A stretch of DNA of 64,000 bases from NCBI GenBank assembly GCA_937920515.1, contig CALEUG010000015.1:71382-135381 (forward strand), written 5' to 3'. The DNA comes from an uncultured bacterium (GTDB lineage: Bacteria; Acidobacteriota; Aminicenantia; Aminicenantales; Saccharicenantaceae). Below the pieces are notes generated by a model. The model was not told where the DNA came from. It saw only the letters and a list, made by a program, of their open reading frames with translations, and ran no database searches. Shown one piece after another: positions 1 through 8,773 of the stretch (position 1 is the first letter of the stretch; each line of letters opens with the position of its first letter). The position numbers and the translations under genes are program-made.

Positions 1-1029
1 CTCCAGACCCAAAGAAGTGTTATTAATATCGGCCACCATTTCCGGGCTCCAGTTCTTGAAATTCTGCATGCGGCCAGCGATAATTTCAGGAGAATGGATG
101 TAAACCCAGTTATCAGGAAAAAGATGTGGTTTCTTTATTATCAGGCATACCGTAAAAAAATCTCTATATTTGAGAGAGCTGGCTGCTCTTTGAACGGGCT
201 CAGGTGCTTGAGGATCAAGAGCCGATATAGTTTCTGAAAGGGGAGCCGAGGTTATGACTCTATCGCCGGTCAGTTCTATCAGCTGACCTTGATGTTCAGT
301 TATAACCGTGATTGAAGAATTGTTATACTTTATCTTCTTCGCCTCTGCCCTAAGAATTACCTCCCCGCCCCTTCTGGAAATTATCTCAGCCATCGTTTCC
401 CAGAATTGACCCGGTCCGCGTCTCGGGTAAAGGAACTCGTCTATTAAAGTCCTGATTTTATTTTTTTCGGTAAGACCAAAAGCGTTAAGAATAGCCCGGC
501 TCAGCGACAGCCCTCTTATTCTCTGGGCAGCCCAGTCGGCACTTATCTGACTGCAAGGAATTCCCCAGACCTTTTCGGTATAAGTCTTAAAAAAGGTTTC
601 ATAGAGCTTTCGGCCGAATTGGTTCACGACCCACTGTTCGAAGGTGACAGGGTGTTTATATGGCTTGATTCTGGCTCTTAAGTAGCTAAGGAGGGCCGAG
701 CTGGCTTTGAGCGGTCCGAGGTTGATCAGCGCATTAAAGGGCTTAAGCGGATAATAGAAGAATTTGCCATTATAATAGATCCTGGAGAGCCGGGGGCGTT
801 TCAGAAAATCATCTGGCAGGATCTCCTTCCAGACCTTTTCCACTTCCGGGTATTTGGTAAAGAAGCGGTGACCGCCGAGGTCGAAATGGTAGCCGCTGTG
901 ATTAACCGTCCTGGAAATCCCACCGAATTGGGAATCTTTTTCAACTACTATTACCTCCTGGCCATTCTTGATAAGCTCATAGGCTGCCGTTAATCCAGCC
1001 GGGCCCCCACCGATAATAATAATCTTCAT
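1..1029 (-). CDS. FAD/NAD(P)-dependent oxidoreductase (amine-oxidase / UDP-galactopyranose-mutase-like superfamily); N-terminus at 1029, C-terminus runs off the window
   Basis: Reverse-strand reading from the ATG at 1029-1027 gives MKIIIIGGGPAGLTAAYELIKNGQEVIVVEKD...GGISRT...HFDLGGHRFF, a classic GxGxxG dinucleotide-binding N-terminus. It is absent from the ORF track only because no stop falls inside the window. Confidence 0.7.
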   Translation of the reverse strand, partial: MKIIIIGGGPAGLTAAYELIKNGQEVIVVEKDSQFGGISRTVNHSGYHFDLGGHRFFTKYPEVEKVWKEILPDDFLKRPRLSRIYYNGKFFYYPLKPFNALINLGPLKASSALLSYLRARIKPYKHPVTFEQWVVNQFGRKLYETFFKTYTEKVWGIPCSQISADWAAQRIRGLSLSRAILNAFGLTEKNKIRTLIDEFLYPRRGPGQFWETMAEIISRRGGEVILRAEAKKIKYNNSSITVITEHQGQLIELTGDRVITSAPLSETISALDPQAPEPVQRAASSLKYRDFFTVCLIIKKPHLFPDNWVYIHSPEIIAGRMQNFKNWSPEMVADINNTSLGLE

Positions 1030-1074
1030 GGTTATTCTTCTCGACGGTATTTATCAAAATGTCTAATTCGCATC

Positions 1075-3030
1075 TTAGAATCCTTTATCCGGGAAAGCAG
1101 ATTTAATCTTGAAAGTTTTGTTTTCATGAAGGAACCAGATAATCTGTTTGACCCGGTCAGTTTTCTTTAGCTTAAAATAGCAAAACTGAAGCCTTTTATA
1201 CATATTTATCCTGTTTTCGAGATATGGCTCTAACTGGAGAATTGCCTCATAAATTAAAGCCGCCTGGCCGAAATCGCCGCTTCTTTCTTTATCGCTGGCC
1301 AGGTCGGCAAGATATTTTAAGTCGAAATCGAGATACGGGATTTTATCGAATCTCCCTATGAATTCCTGGAATTCAGGCGAATATGGCTGAAAAAAGTCGC
1401 TTGGCTTGTCTATTAGCGCTATCTCATTTTTATCAAGATTGCCTTGAGTTAAGGGTGGGCCCAAGGAGACAGAATTGTTTATCCGGGAGATTTCGAATAG
1501 CATTCCATTTTTTACGGTATAAACGAACAGGAAAAATCTCTTCTCCGGATAGCAGCGGAAGAGCTCCAAAAGATTATCTCTTTTGAAATGCCCATAAATA
1601 ATTTTATTTCTGAACAAGGGATGGTTTTGAACGAATCCCGCCGTCCAGCCGCCGTCGGGGAAAAATCTTCTTGGCAAGTACAATGGCTTGATAAGAACGA
1701 CCGAGTTGTCGATGGGCAAATTCTCAATAGTTTTTTCAAACCCTTTATTAAAATAAAGGAAGTCAGGATAAGTTAGCTCTGGTATATAAAATTCAAAGGA
1801 AAGTTTCTGATAATTAGGAAGCCGGATCAGTGCTGAGTAGGTCACGAAGGCGGCTGAAATTAAGGTCAATGATATGATTGTAAACATCCTGGGCAAACGA
1901 GATTCAACCAAAATCTCAATGGTCTTAATTAAACCCGCTGCAGTTAAAATCGCCAAAATCCCGATCAACTGAAAGTACATTCTGGCCCCGAGAAGAGCGA
2001 AAGAGCCCCAATATATTATCAGCCCGCAGCAGGTCAATAATATGATAAAAAGCTGAAGAAATTCGAGCGGCCTGTTTATTTGTTCCGAACGCCCCCTGAT
2101 AAAGAAAAAAAGATAAATCAGCACTCCCAAGAGAGAAGAAATCGGCCAGCCAAAAAGATGCAGGTGAAGCTGCTCAATATTTTTACCGACATATTGTGCG
2201 CCTTTCATGAAAGTGTGCGGGATGCCGGTGTAGCCTTTTCTGCCAAAGCCTAAACCATGGTCAGGCCCATACCTTTCTATGTAACCCATCTTTAAAGGGT
2301 TGCCTGTTGTCCCGTAGTTATAAACCATCAGGACCGCCACCGCCAGGAAGGCCATTATAGCCATAGCCATGGTGGCTTTAAGGTACTTTTTTGGCTCCTT
2401 TAAGAACTTGAAAAGAATGTATATTGCTGGAGCGATGGCAAAAAGCACAGATTCATATGGTCGGATTAGAAAAGCCATGAAGAAAGCAAAACCGGCGATA
2501 AACCCGTTTTTGAGATCTGGGGTTTTGATTGACCTGATGAAAAAAAGAAGGAATAGAGTGCAGAAAAACAGATGGGCAGTATGGGACATCAGAGTGGAAG
2601 AAAGGATGAGAAACCAGTATGAAAGCGAAGTTAACAGGGCGGCCAGAAAGCCTGTTTTTTCGTTGAACAATTCTTTGCCCAGAAAGAAGACCAGGATTAT
2701 GAACAGCGCGGCGAAAACGGGATTGATTATCCATGGCGCTTTGAAGATGTGGCCGGCTGCCAGAAGCGCCGGAAATCCAGGCGGATACTGGGAATACCAG
2801 CGCCCGTTATTGATAACATGCGGGAAATCAAAAAATTCTTTAGCGCAGGGTGAAGTAACATAAAGACGCCCGAGAAGAAAAATCTTTGCCTGGAAATCAT
2901 AGGCGGCTTCGTCGTGGATGTGAGGACTGCGGTGGAATATGAAGAGCGATATTAAATTAGTTCCGATGAAGACAATTAAGGCCAGCCAATAGATATAGGT
3001 ATGATATTTTTTCTGCCTGCCTTCTGCCAT
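1075..3030 (-). CDS. GT-C fold membrane glycosyltransferase (ArnT/PMT-like, family 39/83-like) with C-terminal TPR-like repeats
   Basis: 651 aa. About 10 predicted TM helices in the N-terminal two-thirds, first-loop motif HIHDEAAYDFQAKIFLLGRL...YPPGFPALL (DE motif of ArnT/PMT-type GT-C enzymes), and a soluble TPR-like C-terminal tail. Confidence 0.55.
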   Translation of the reverse strand: MAEGRQKKYHTYIYWLALIVFIGTNLISLFIFHRSPHIHDEAAYDFQAKIFLLGRLYVTSPCAKEFFDFPHVINNGRWYSQYPPGFPALLAAGHIFKAPWIINPVFAALFIILVFFLGKELFNEKTGFLAALLTSLSYWFLILSSTLMSHTAHLFFCTLFLLFFIRSIKTPDLKNGFIAGFAFFMAFLIRPYESVLFAIAPAIYILFKFLKEPKKYLKATMAMAIMAFLAVAVLMVYNYGTTGNPLKMGYIERYGPDHGLGFGRKGYTGIPHTFMKGAQYVGKNIEQLHLHLFGWPISSLLGVLIYLFFFIRGRSEQINRPLEFLQLFIILLTCCGLIIYWGSFALLGARMYFQLIGILAILTAAGLIKTIEILVESRLPRMFTIISLTLISAAFVTYSALIRLPNYQKLSFEFYIPELTYPDFLYFNKGFEKTIENLPIDNSVVLIKPLYLPRRFFPDGGWTAGFVQNHPLFRNKIIYGHFKRDNLLELFRCYPEKRFFLFVYTVKNGMLFEISRINNSVSLGPPLTQGNLDKNEIALIDKPSDFFQPYSPEFQEFIGRFDKIPYLDFDLKYLADLASDKERSGDFGQAALIYEAILQLEPYLENRINMYKRLQFCYFKLKKTDRVKQIIWFLHENKTFKIKSAFPDKGF

Positions 3031-3504
3031 CGATTTAGTATTTTAAGCCAAAAACTGATTGGCAGGCAAATTATTATTTCTCTCCTGAATCACCGGTAAT
3101 AATTCGATTTGCCGATATAATAATCTTCTAACGATCCGGATTTATGGTTCTAATTATACAGCTGCAGATAACGTTGCATGTCCTCTTTTTAAGAAGTTTT
3201 TCTTATTATTTGGCAAAGTATTGCCTCATAGACTTTCTTGATTTTTTTATTTTGCTTTAATTATCCGATTCCTTCGGCAAGGGTCATTGTTTCAATTATA
3301 GGGAAAAACGCTGGGCTAGAGGTAGTAAAATCTTATATCGTTCTGCCATTTATTTTATATTATTAAAAATGCATGAGATTCATACAGATTTTGAGCGAAT
3401 CTGATGCCAGATATTATGGGGAGTACCTCTCAACAATCATTGAGGTCATTGGCGCTCAAAAACCAATCATGCATTAAGAATTATACGCGCATTTGCTATG
3501 GATC

Positions 3505-4139
3505 TCATATTCGAATTTTTTCTTTCTCTATCCTTTTTTGAACAACTTGATAAGATACGCCGAATTTGGCACAAATAATCCTGGAAATTGCTTCTATTAA
3601 GTCTGGCTTCTCGGGAAAATATTTCTTGAAATCTTCGATTTTCATCCTCAGAGAATTAATTTCGGTGATCAGGGCATTCTTTGGGACCAATAATCTTCCA
3701 GCAAATTCATTTGCCTGACTTTCAAACCAGAGGAGATCTTCTTCGAGAAAATCTTCTCTGAAGTGAATCCAATCTTCCTCATTACAGAAGATGCACTGCT
3801 GTATCTCATTTTTATGCAGAATAAGATGTCCAACTTCATGGGCCAAAGTAAATCTTAAGCGGCCAGCTCGGCGGTCATCTTTGTAAAGATCACATCATCA
3901 ACGCAGATGCTTGATAGATCGTTAGTTAAAAATGAATCTATATCTACTTTTTCCTGGAGACCTTTAATGAGTATAATTTTAAGTTTTAACTTAAGCTCGA
4001 TTATCTCTTCCATAGGAACCGGAATAAGATTGACTGGCCTGACATATTTTGCTCTGAATAGTTCAGCTTGCGTTCTAATAAAATCGAATCTTATCCTCGG
4101 GGGTTCAATAAATATAGGTTTTCTTTTTTGACGGGGCAA
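3505..4139 (-). pseudogene. ImmA/IrrE-family Zn-metallopeptidase (COG2856) split by a -1 frame change between 3858 and 3894
   Basis: ORF 3855..4139 encodes the N-terminal part (...SSICVDDVIFTK). The frame of ORF 3505..3846 stays open upstream to 3894 and reads DLYKDDRRAGRLRFTLAHEVGHLILH, i.e. the HEXXH core of ImmA/IrrE. The two frames overlap at 3858-3894 and differ by one nucleotide, in a region with TTT/AAA runs. Confidence 0.6.
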
Positions 4140-4502
4140 TTATTTCTCTCGCAATATTTTAATCAGATCTTCGAGCTCTTTTCTGGTGGGCTTTTCGCCT
4201 CTAATCGTTCTGAAGAAAACTGGTAGTTTTTCCATAACTCGAGGACTGGAAACTAAATGGCTGGGTATCTGACCGATAGCTGCCAGGTCGAATAACGTTC
4301 TATAATCCTCGGATTCTTCGCTAAGCCTGAGCGCTTTGGCGATTTCATTAAGGACCGCCTTACTATTTGGAGGCGGCAATAAGCCCCTTTCTGTTTTGCT
4401 CCAATTACTCGGGTCGAAACCCGTCAGCATGCAGAATCTTCGCAGCGTCAATCCAGCTTTTAATCTTAATTCACGCACGAATTCTCCAAAATTCATCATT
4501 TT
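4140..4502 (-). CDS. XRE-family helix-turn-helix transcriptional regulator (ImmR/Cro-C1-like)
   Basis: Contains FGEFVRELRLKAGLTLRRFCMLTGFDPSNWSKTERG, a typical HTH_XRE. The preferred start is the ATG at 4502, preceded by AAGGAGA. The gene lies immediately upstream of, and is co-oriented with, the ImmA-like gene. Confidence 0.8.
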   Translation of the reverse strand, partial: KMMNFGEFVRELRLKAGLTLRRFCMLTGFDPSNWSKTERGLLPPPNSKAVLNEIAKALRLSEESEDYRTLFDLAAIGQIPSHLVSSPRVMEKLPVFFRTIRGEKPTRKELEDLIKILREK

Positions 4503-4510
4503 TTTCTCCT

Positions 4511-4546
4511 TGTGGTAAATATATACCACATTCTAAGAGTTGTCAA
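4511..4546 (-). promoter_or_regulatory. Putative sigma70 promoter (TTGACA-17-TATATT) with an overlapping perfect palindrome TGTGGTAtATATaTACCACA just upstream of the XRE gene's SD
   Basis: The minus strand reads cTTGACAactcttagaatgtggtaTATATTtaccacaAGGAGAaaaaaATG. The 20-bp palindrome at 4511-4530 overlaps the -10, as expected for an autoregulatory operator. Confidence 0.45.
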
Positions 4547-4742
4547 GAACAGGTCGTCCTTCGATTGAAAGATGCTTATTAAATTTGCTTTATGGTCATC
4601 CTTTTGCCGTCATTAAATTTCTAATCATTAATCAAGGACGCATTATATACTAATAATTTCTCGCGGAGTAAGCATCTCTTCTTTAGAGTCAAAGAGCGGA
4701 TTTAGCTAAATTTTACTGCGAATATGGTAAAATCTTAAAGCT

Positions 4743-5444
4743 ATGGCGGTGATCCGGACGATAATCCTGCTGATGTTTTATCTGGTGCTGGTGGTGTTGC
4801 TGACGCCGGTGCTGCTTCTTTTCTGGCCGCTGGGGATAAGGGACCCGCTGCTGGATGTGGGCAAATGGGCCATGGCCGTAAGCCGCAGGATTCTGGGGCT
4901 CCGGATTGAGGTCGAAGGGCTGGAAAATGTCGACCCGTCCAGGAGCTATGTTTTTATGGCCAACCACCTGAGCTTTCTGGACGGGCCTTTGCTTTTTTAC
5001 GTTATCCCGCAGCGGGTGCGGGTCATCCTCAAGAAAAGCATCTTCAGGATTCCGGTCGTCGGGCCCGGCATGCGCTTTGTCGGATTTGTCCCGGTTGACC
5101 GCAAGCGAGCCAGCGGCGGCAAGCGCAGCATCGACGAAGCCGCCCGGATGATGAAACAAAAAGGCTATTCCTTCCTGATTTTCCCCGAGGGCACCAGGAG
5201 CCGCACCGGCCAGCTTCAGTCTTTCAAGCGCGGCGGCTTTTTCCTGGCCGTGGCCGCCCGGGCGGCCATCATCCCCATTACCATCAGGGGCACCTTTGAG
5301 CTGATGCCCAAAGGCCGGCTTTTTCCCCGCCGCGGGAAAATTAAGGTAATATTCCACAAACCGGTGGAGACCGCGAACGAGACCACCGCCGATATCCCCG
5401 CTCTTATTGACCGGGTTTACCGGGCAATTGCCATGGGAGCCTGA
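4743..5444 (+). CDS. plsC: 1-acyl-sn-glycerol-3-phosphate acyltransferase (LPLAT family)
   Basis: N-terminal TM segment, the acyltransferase motifs NHLSFLD (HX4D) and FPEGTRS, 233 aa. Confidence 0.85.
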   Translation: MAVIRTIILLMFYLVLVVLLTPVLLLFWPLGIRDPLLDVGKWAMAVSRRILGLRIEVEGLENVDPSRSYVFMANHLSFLDGPLLFYVIPQRVRVILKKSIFRIPVVGPGMRFVGFVPVDRKRASGGKRSIDEAARMMKQKGYSFLIFPEGTRSRTGQLQSFKRGGFFLAVAARAAIIPITIRGTFELMPKGRLFPRRGKIKVIFHKPVETANETTADIPALIDRVYRAIAMGA

Positions 5445-5751
5445 GAAATTCTGGTCCGCTTGACCTTTTTAGTATGGTAGGGCAGGGAAAGGAAACCCAT
5501 AGAAATGGCTTTTTGTAATTCTAGAAGGGATATAACAACGCTAAAGAGACTGCGCGGATTGGTTTGCAAATTCAACTTAGGTGAAGATTTATGTCATGCT
5601 ACCCAAAAATGATTAATAAAGCCAAAAGCGGTCCGCATAAAGTTCTCTTCAACGGGGGATTTCCTTCTATTCCCCGGTACGGATTTTATTTTTTTTAGGC
5701 ATGATAATTTAGTAGAATTCAACCTTATGAAATTAGTATAAGGGAGTGAAA

Positions 5752-7140
5752 ATGAGTAGCCTCTATTTCCGGGAAAATATTCAAAGCCGGTTAAGGTTTT
5801 CTGCACCAAGCGGCCTGAGGGGCCGTTGGTTCGGGGCCAAGACCAAACCGGCTGTGATTTTATTTCTTATGTTTCTTTTGCTTTCCAGCCCACTTTTGCA
5901 GAGCCTGACCTTGAAGGCGATAGCCGGCGAATTGCCGAAGGCAACGGGTCCTGAAGTGATAGCCATTACCGGGGCCCGGATACTGACCGCCGCCGGTCAG
6001 AATTATGACCGGGGAACGATACTCATCAAGGACGGAAAAATTGTGGATATCGGCGAGAACATCAGAATTCCCGCTGAAGTTAGGGTCATAGATGCTTCAG
6101 GCTGCCTGGTTACGCCCGGCCTGATTGACGCCCACTCTCACCTGGGGCTCGGGCCGAGTGGCGGCGTAACCGAGGACAACGAAATGACCGACCCGGTGAC
6201 GCCCCAGCTCCGGATTATTGACTCCATCCACCCCGAGGGACTGGGACCCGACCGGAACCAGTTTCTGAACGCCGTGGCTGAAGGGGTCACCGCGGCCCTG
6301 ATTCATCCCGGCTCAGGCAACGTCATCGGCGGGCAGTCGGCGGTGTTGAAGCTTCGCGGGAAAACGGTTGACGAGATGTGCCTGCTGTTCCCGGCCGCAA
6401 TGAAGATGGCCCTCGGCCGCAAAGGGGCCTACGCCCAGAAGGGCCAGATGCCCATGACCAAGATGGGAACCGCTTATCTGGTGCGCCAGGCCATGCTGGA
6501 GGCCGCCGACTATAAAAAGTCGCTTGAAAATTATGAGAAGGAAAAGAAGAAGAACCCGGCAGCCGGTCCGCCGCCCCGCGACCTCAAGAGGGAAGCGATG
6601 CTTCTGGTCCTTGACCGGAAAATTCCGGTTCATATCCACGTCGGCCCGGCCGATGACATCATGACTGCGGTCCGCCTGGCCAGGGAATTCGGCTTCAAGC
6701 AGCTTTCACTGGCTCATGCCGAGGAGGCTTACAGGGTAGCCGATGAACTGGCCCGCAACAGGGTGACCGTGGTGGTCGGGCCGCGGATGATAACCTACGA
6801 CGACCAGAATCGGCCGGTCAACTTAGCTGATTATCTCTACCGCCATGGCGTGGAGGTCTGCATCATGACTGATGCCGATGTGGTCCAGCAGCCTTTCCTG
6901 CGAGCCCAGGCCGCAATTGCGGTCAAGTACGGGCTGGACCCGGAAATGGCCCTCAAGGCCATTACCATCAACCCGGCCAGGCTGGTCGGACTGGAAAGCC
7001 GGCTCGGCAGCCTGGAGAAAGGCAAGGATGCCGACCTGGTGGTCTGGAGCGGAGACCTGTTCGATGTCCGGCAGCAGGCCCTGCGGGTTTTTATAGACGG
7101 CAGGGAAGTCTTCCGGAGTCCGCAGCTTTCAGGAAATTAG
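5752..7140 (+). CDS. Amidohydrolase-family metal-dependent hydrolase (COG1228-like) with signal peptide/TM anchor
   Basis: Start taken at the ATG at 5752, after AAGGGAG. Carries a hydrophobic N-terminus, the metal-binding GLIDAHSHLGL signature and a C-terminal GKDADLVVW motif. Confidence 0.8.
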   Translation: MSSLYFRENIQSRLRFSAPSGLRGRWFGAKTKPAVILFLMFLLLSSPLLQSLTLKAIAGELPKATGPEVIAITGARILTAAGQNYDRGTILIKDGKIVDIGENIRIPAEVRVIDASGCLVTPGLIDAHSHLGLGPSGGVTEDNEMTDPVTPQLRIIDSIHPEGLGPDRNQFLNAVAEGVTAALIHPGSGNVIGGQSAVLKLRGKTVDEMCLLFPAAMKMALGRKGAYAQKGQMPMTKMGTAYLVRQAMLEAADYKKSLENYEKEKKKNPAAGPPPRDLKREAMLLVLDRKIPVHIHVGPADDIMTAVRLAREFGFKQLSLAHAEEAYRVADELARNRVTVVVGPRMITYDDQNRPVNLADYLYRHGVEVCIMTDADVVQQPFLRAQAAIAVKYGLDPEMALKAITINPARLVGLESRLGSLEKGKDADLVVWSGDLFDVRQQALRVFIDGREVFRSPQLSGN

Positions 7141-7425
7141 GGACGGAAAGATGCGCCAGCAAAGTCGACATGTCAGTGAAGCGCTATTTCGCTGGAGGGC
7201 GCGGTGTTCTGGTTAAGGAGAGGAAAGCGGGAAAGCGAGAACTCGTCGGGCTTAAAGTCAGCGGACCCGGTCATGGGGTCAGCTATTGATGGAGCGAGGT
7301 TCAACCTGTTAAATTTATCCAGGCGTCAGTCGAGAGGCGAAATGAGAGTAATAAAAGTCAGCGCGATAAAAAGGCGAGAGAGATATAAAGGGAGAAAATT
7401 GCATTTGGGGACAGGAGAACGAGTC

Positions 7426-8772
7426 ATGGAACAAAATAAAATGAGCGGCGGGAAAAATTTTTCAGGAATTCTCGGGACAAGAGTGGCGGCGGTCCTGGGA
7501 GCAGTGATAATTTGCGGCTTTTGGTTTATGAATACAGCCGGAAGGGCTCTGGCTATGGCCGGAGCGGAAAGGCAGGACGAGAAAGCTGCCGCCCGCATCG
7601 TGGTGATTAAAGCGGGGAAGGTTGTGACCATGGCCGGCCCGTTCCTGGAGAACGGTCTTGTCTTAATCGAGAACGGGAAGATTAAAGCGGTTGGCAGGGA
7701 TATTAAGATTCCGGAGGGAGCCGTGGTCATCGAAGAGCCGGAAGGCTGGGTGCTACCCGGCCTGGTGGATGCTCATTCTTCGCTGGGGCTGGTCGATGAA
7801 ACCGGCCGCAGCGAGAATGAAGAGCTTTCCGACCCGAACGTGGCCCAGCTGAGCGTTGTCGACGGCCTGAATCCGTTTGATAAAAGGATTGCCCAGGCCC
7901 GGGCCGCGGGAATCACGGCAGCCCTGGTAACGCCCGGCCGCCGGTCGGTCATAGGCGGGCAGATGGCTGTGGTCAGGCTCCGCGGCCAGACCGCCGACCA
8001 GATGGTCCTGCTGTCGCCGGCCGGGCTGAAGTTTTCAATCGGCGAAGGGCCGAAGCAGGCTTTCGGCGAAAAGGGAAGGCTACCTTCGACCAGGATGGGC
8101 AACGTCTATGTCATCCGCCAGGCACTGCTGGAAGCCAGGGAATATGCCGGGAAGTGGTCTGCTTATGAAAAGCAGCTGGCTGAGGCTAAAAAAGCCAGAA
8201 AAGACCCGGCTGATGTTCAGGCACCAAAGAGGGATTTGAGACTGGAAGCCCTGGCCCGGGTGGTCAAAGGCGAATTAACGGCCTTTATAGAATGTTACCG
8301 GATGGATGATATCGGCGCGGCCTTAAGGCTGGTTGACGAATTCGGCTTAAAGGCGGTTCTGGTGGGGTGCGCAGAGGGCTATCTCCTGGCCGGAGAAATT
8401 GCCAGGAGGAAAATACCGGTAATAGTCGGTCCTTTCGGCATCGGGCCCAAGAGGACTGAAACCGAACGGGTTGAAATCAGTAACGCGGCCAGGCTGCACG
8501 GGGCAGGAGTTAAGGTTGTGCTGCAAAGCGAAGTGCAGTACGGACTGGGAACCCTTGAAGAACTCCCGCTGATAGCAGCCCTGGCGGTCAGGGGAGGGTT
8601 GCCCGAGGAAGAAGCCTTAAAAGCCATTACCATCAACGCCGCTGAGGTGATGGGAGTGGCGCGAAGAATCGGCAGCCTGGAACCGGGGAAAGACGCCGAC
8701 CTGGTGATATTCAGCGGCCATCCTTTTGATTATCGCAGCCGGGTTAAAAGGGTTCTTATAGCGGGTGAATAA
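7426..8772 (+). CDS. Amidohydrolase-family metal-dependent hydrolase, paralog of the upstream gene, N-terminal TM anchor
   Basis: Start at the ATG at 7426, after GGAGAA. Carries GLVDAHSSLGL and GKDADLVIFSG, is co-linear in sequence with the 5752..7140 product, and has a hydrophobic N-terminus (VAAVLGAVIICGFWF). Confidence 0.8.
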   Translation: MEQNKMSGGKNFSGILGTRVAAVLGAVIICGFWFMNTAGRALAMAGAERQDEKAAARIVVIKAGKVVTMAGPFLENGLVLIENGKIKAVGRDIKIPEGAVVIEEPEGWVLPGLVDAHSSLGLVDETGRSENEELSDPNVAQLSVVDGLNPFDKRIAQARAAGITAALVTPGRRSVIGGQMAVVRLRGQTADQMVLLSPAGLKFSIGEGPKQAFGEKGRLPSTRMGNVYVIRQALLEAREYAGKWSAYEKQLAEAKKARKDPADVQAPKRDLRLEALARVVKGELTAFIECYRMDDIGAALRLVDEFGLKAVLVGCAEGYLLAGEIARRKIPVIVGPFGIGPKRTETERVEISNAARLHGAGVKVVLQSEVQYGLGTLEELPLIAALAVRGGLPEEEALKAITINAAEVMGVARRIGSLEPGKDADLVIFSGHPFDYRSRVKRVLIAGE

Positions 8773-8773
8773 A

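Noticed and set aside
3031-3504. Possible tRNA or att site at the edge of the AT-rich island
   Set aside because: No T-loop (GTTCRANYC) or cloverleaf-capable sequence and no obvious direct repeats flanking the island were seen, so no integration site is called.
4713-5357. 214-aa minus-strand ORF
   Set aside because: It is antisense to plsC, which carries the HX4D and FPEGTRS acyltransferase motifs.
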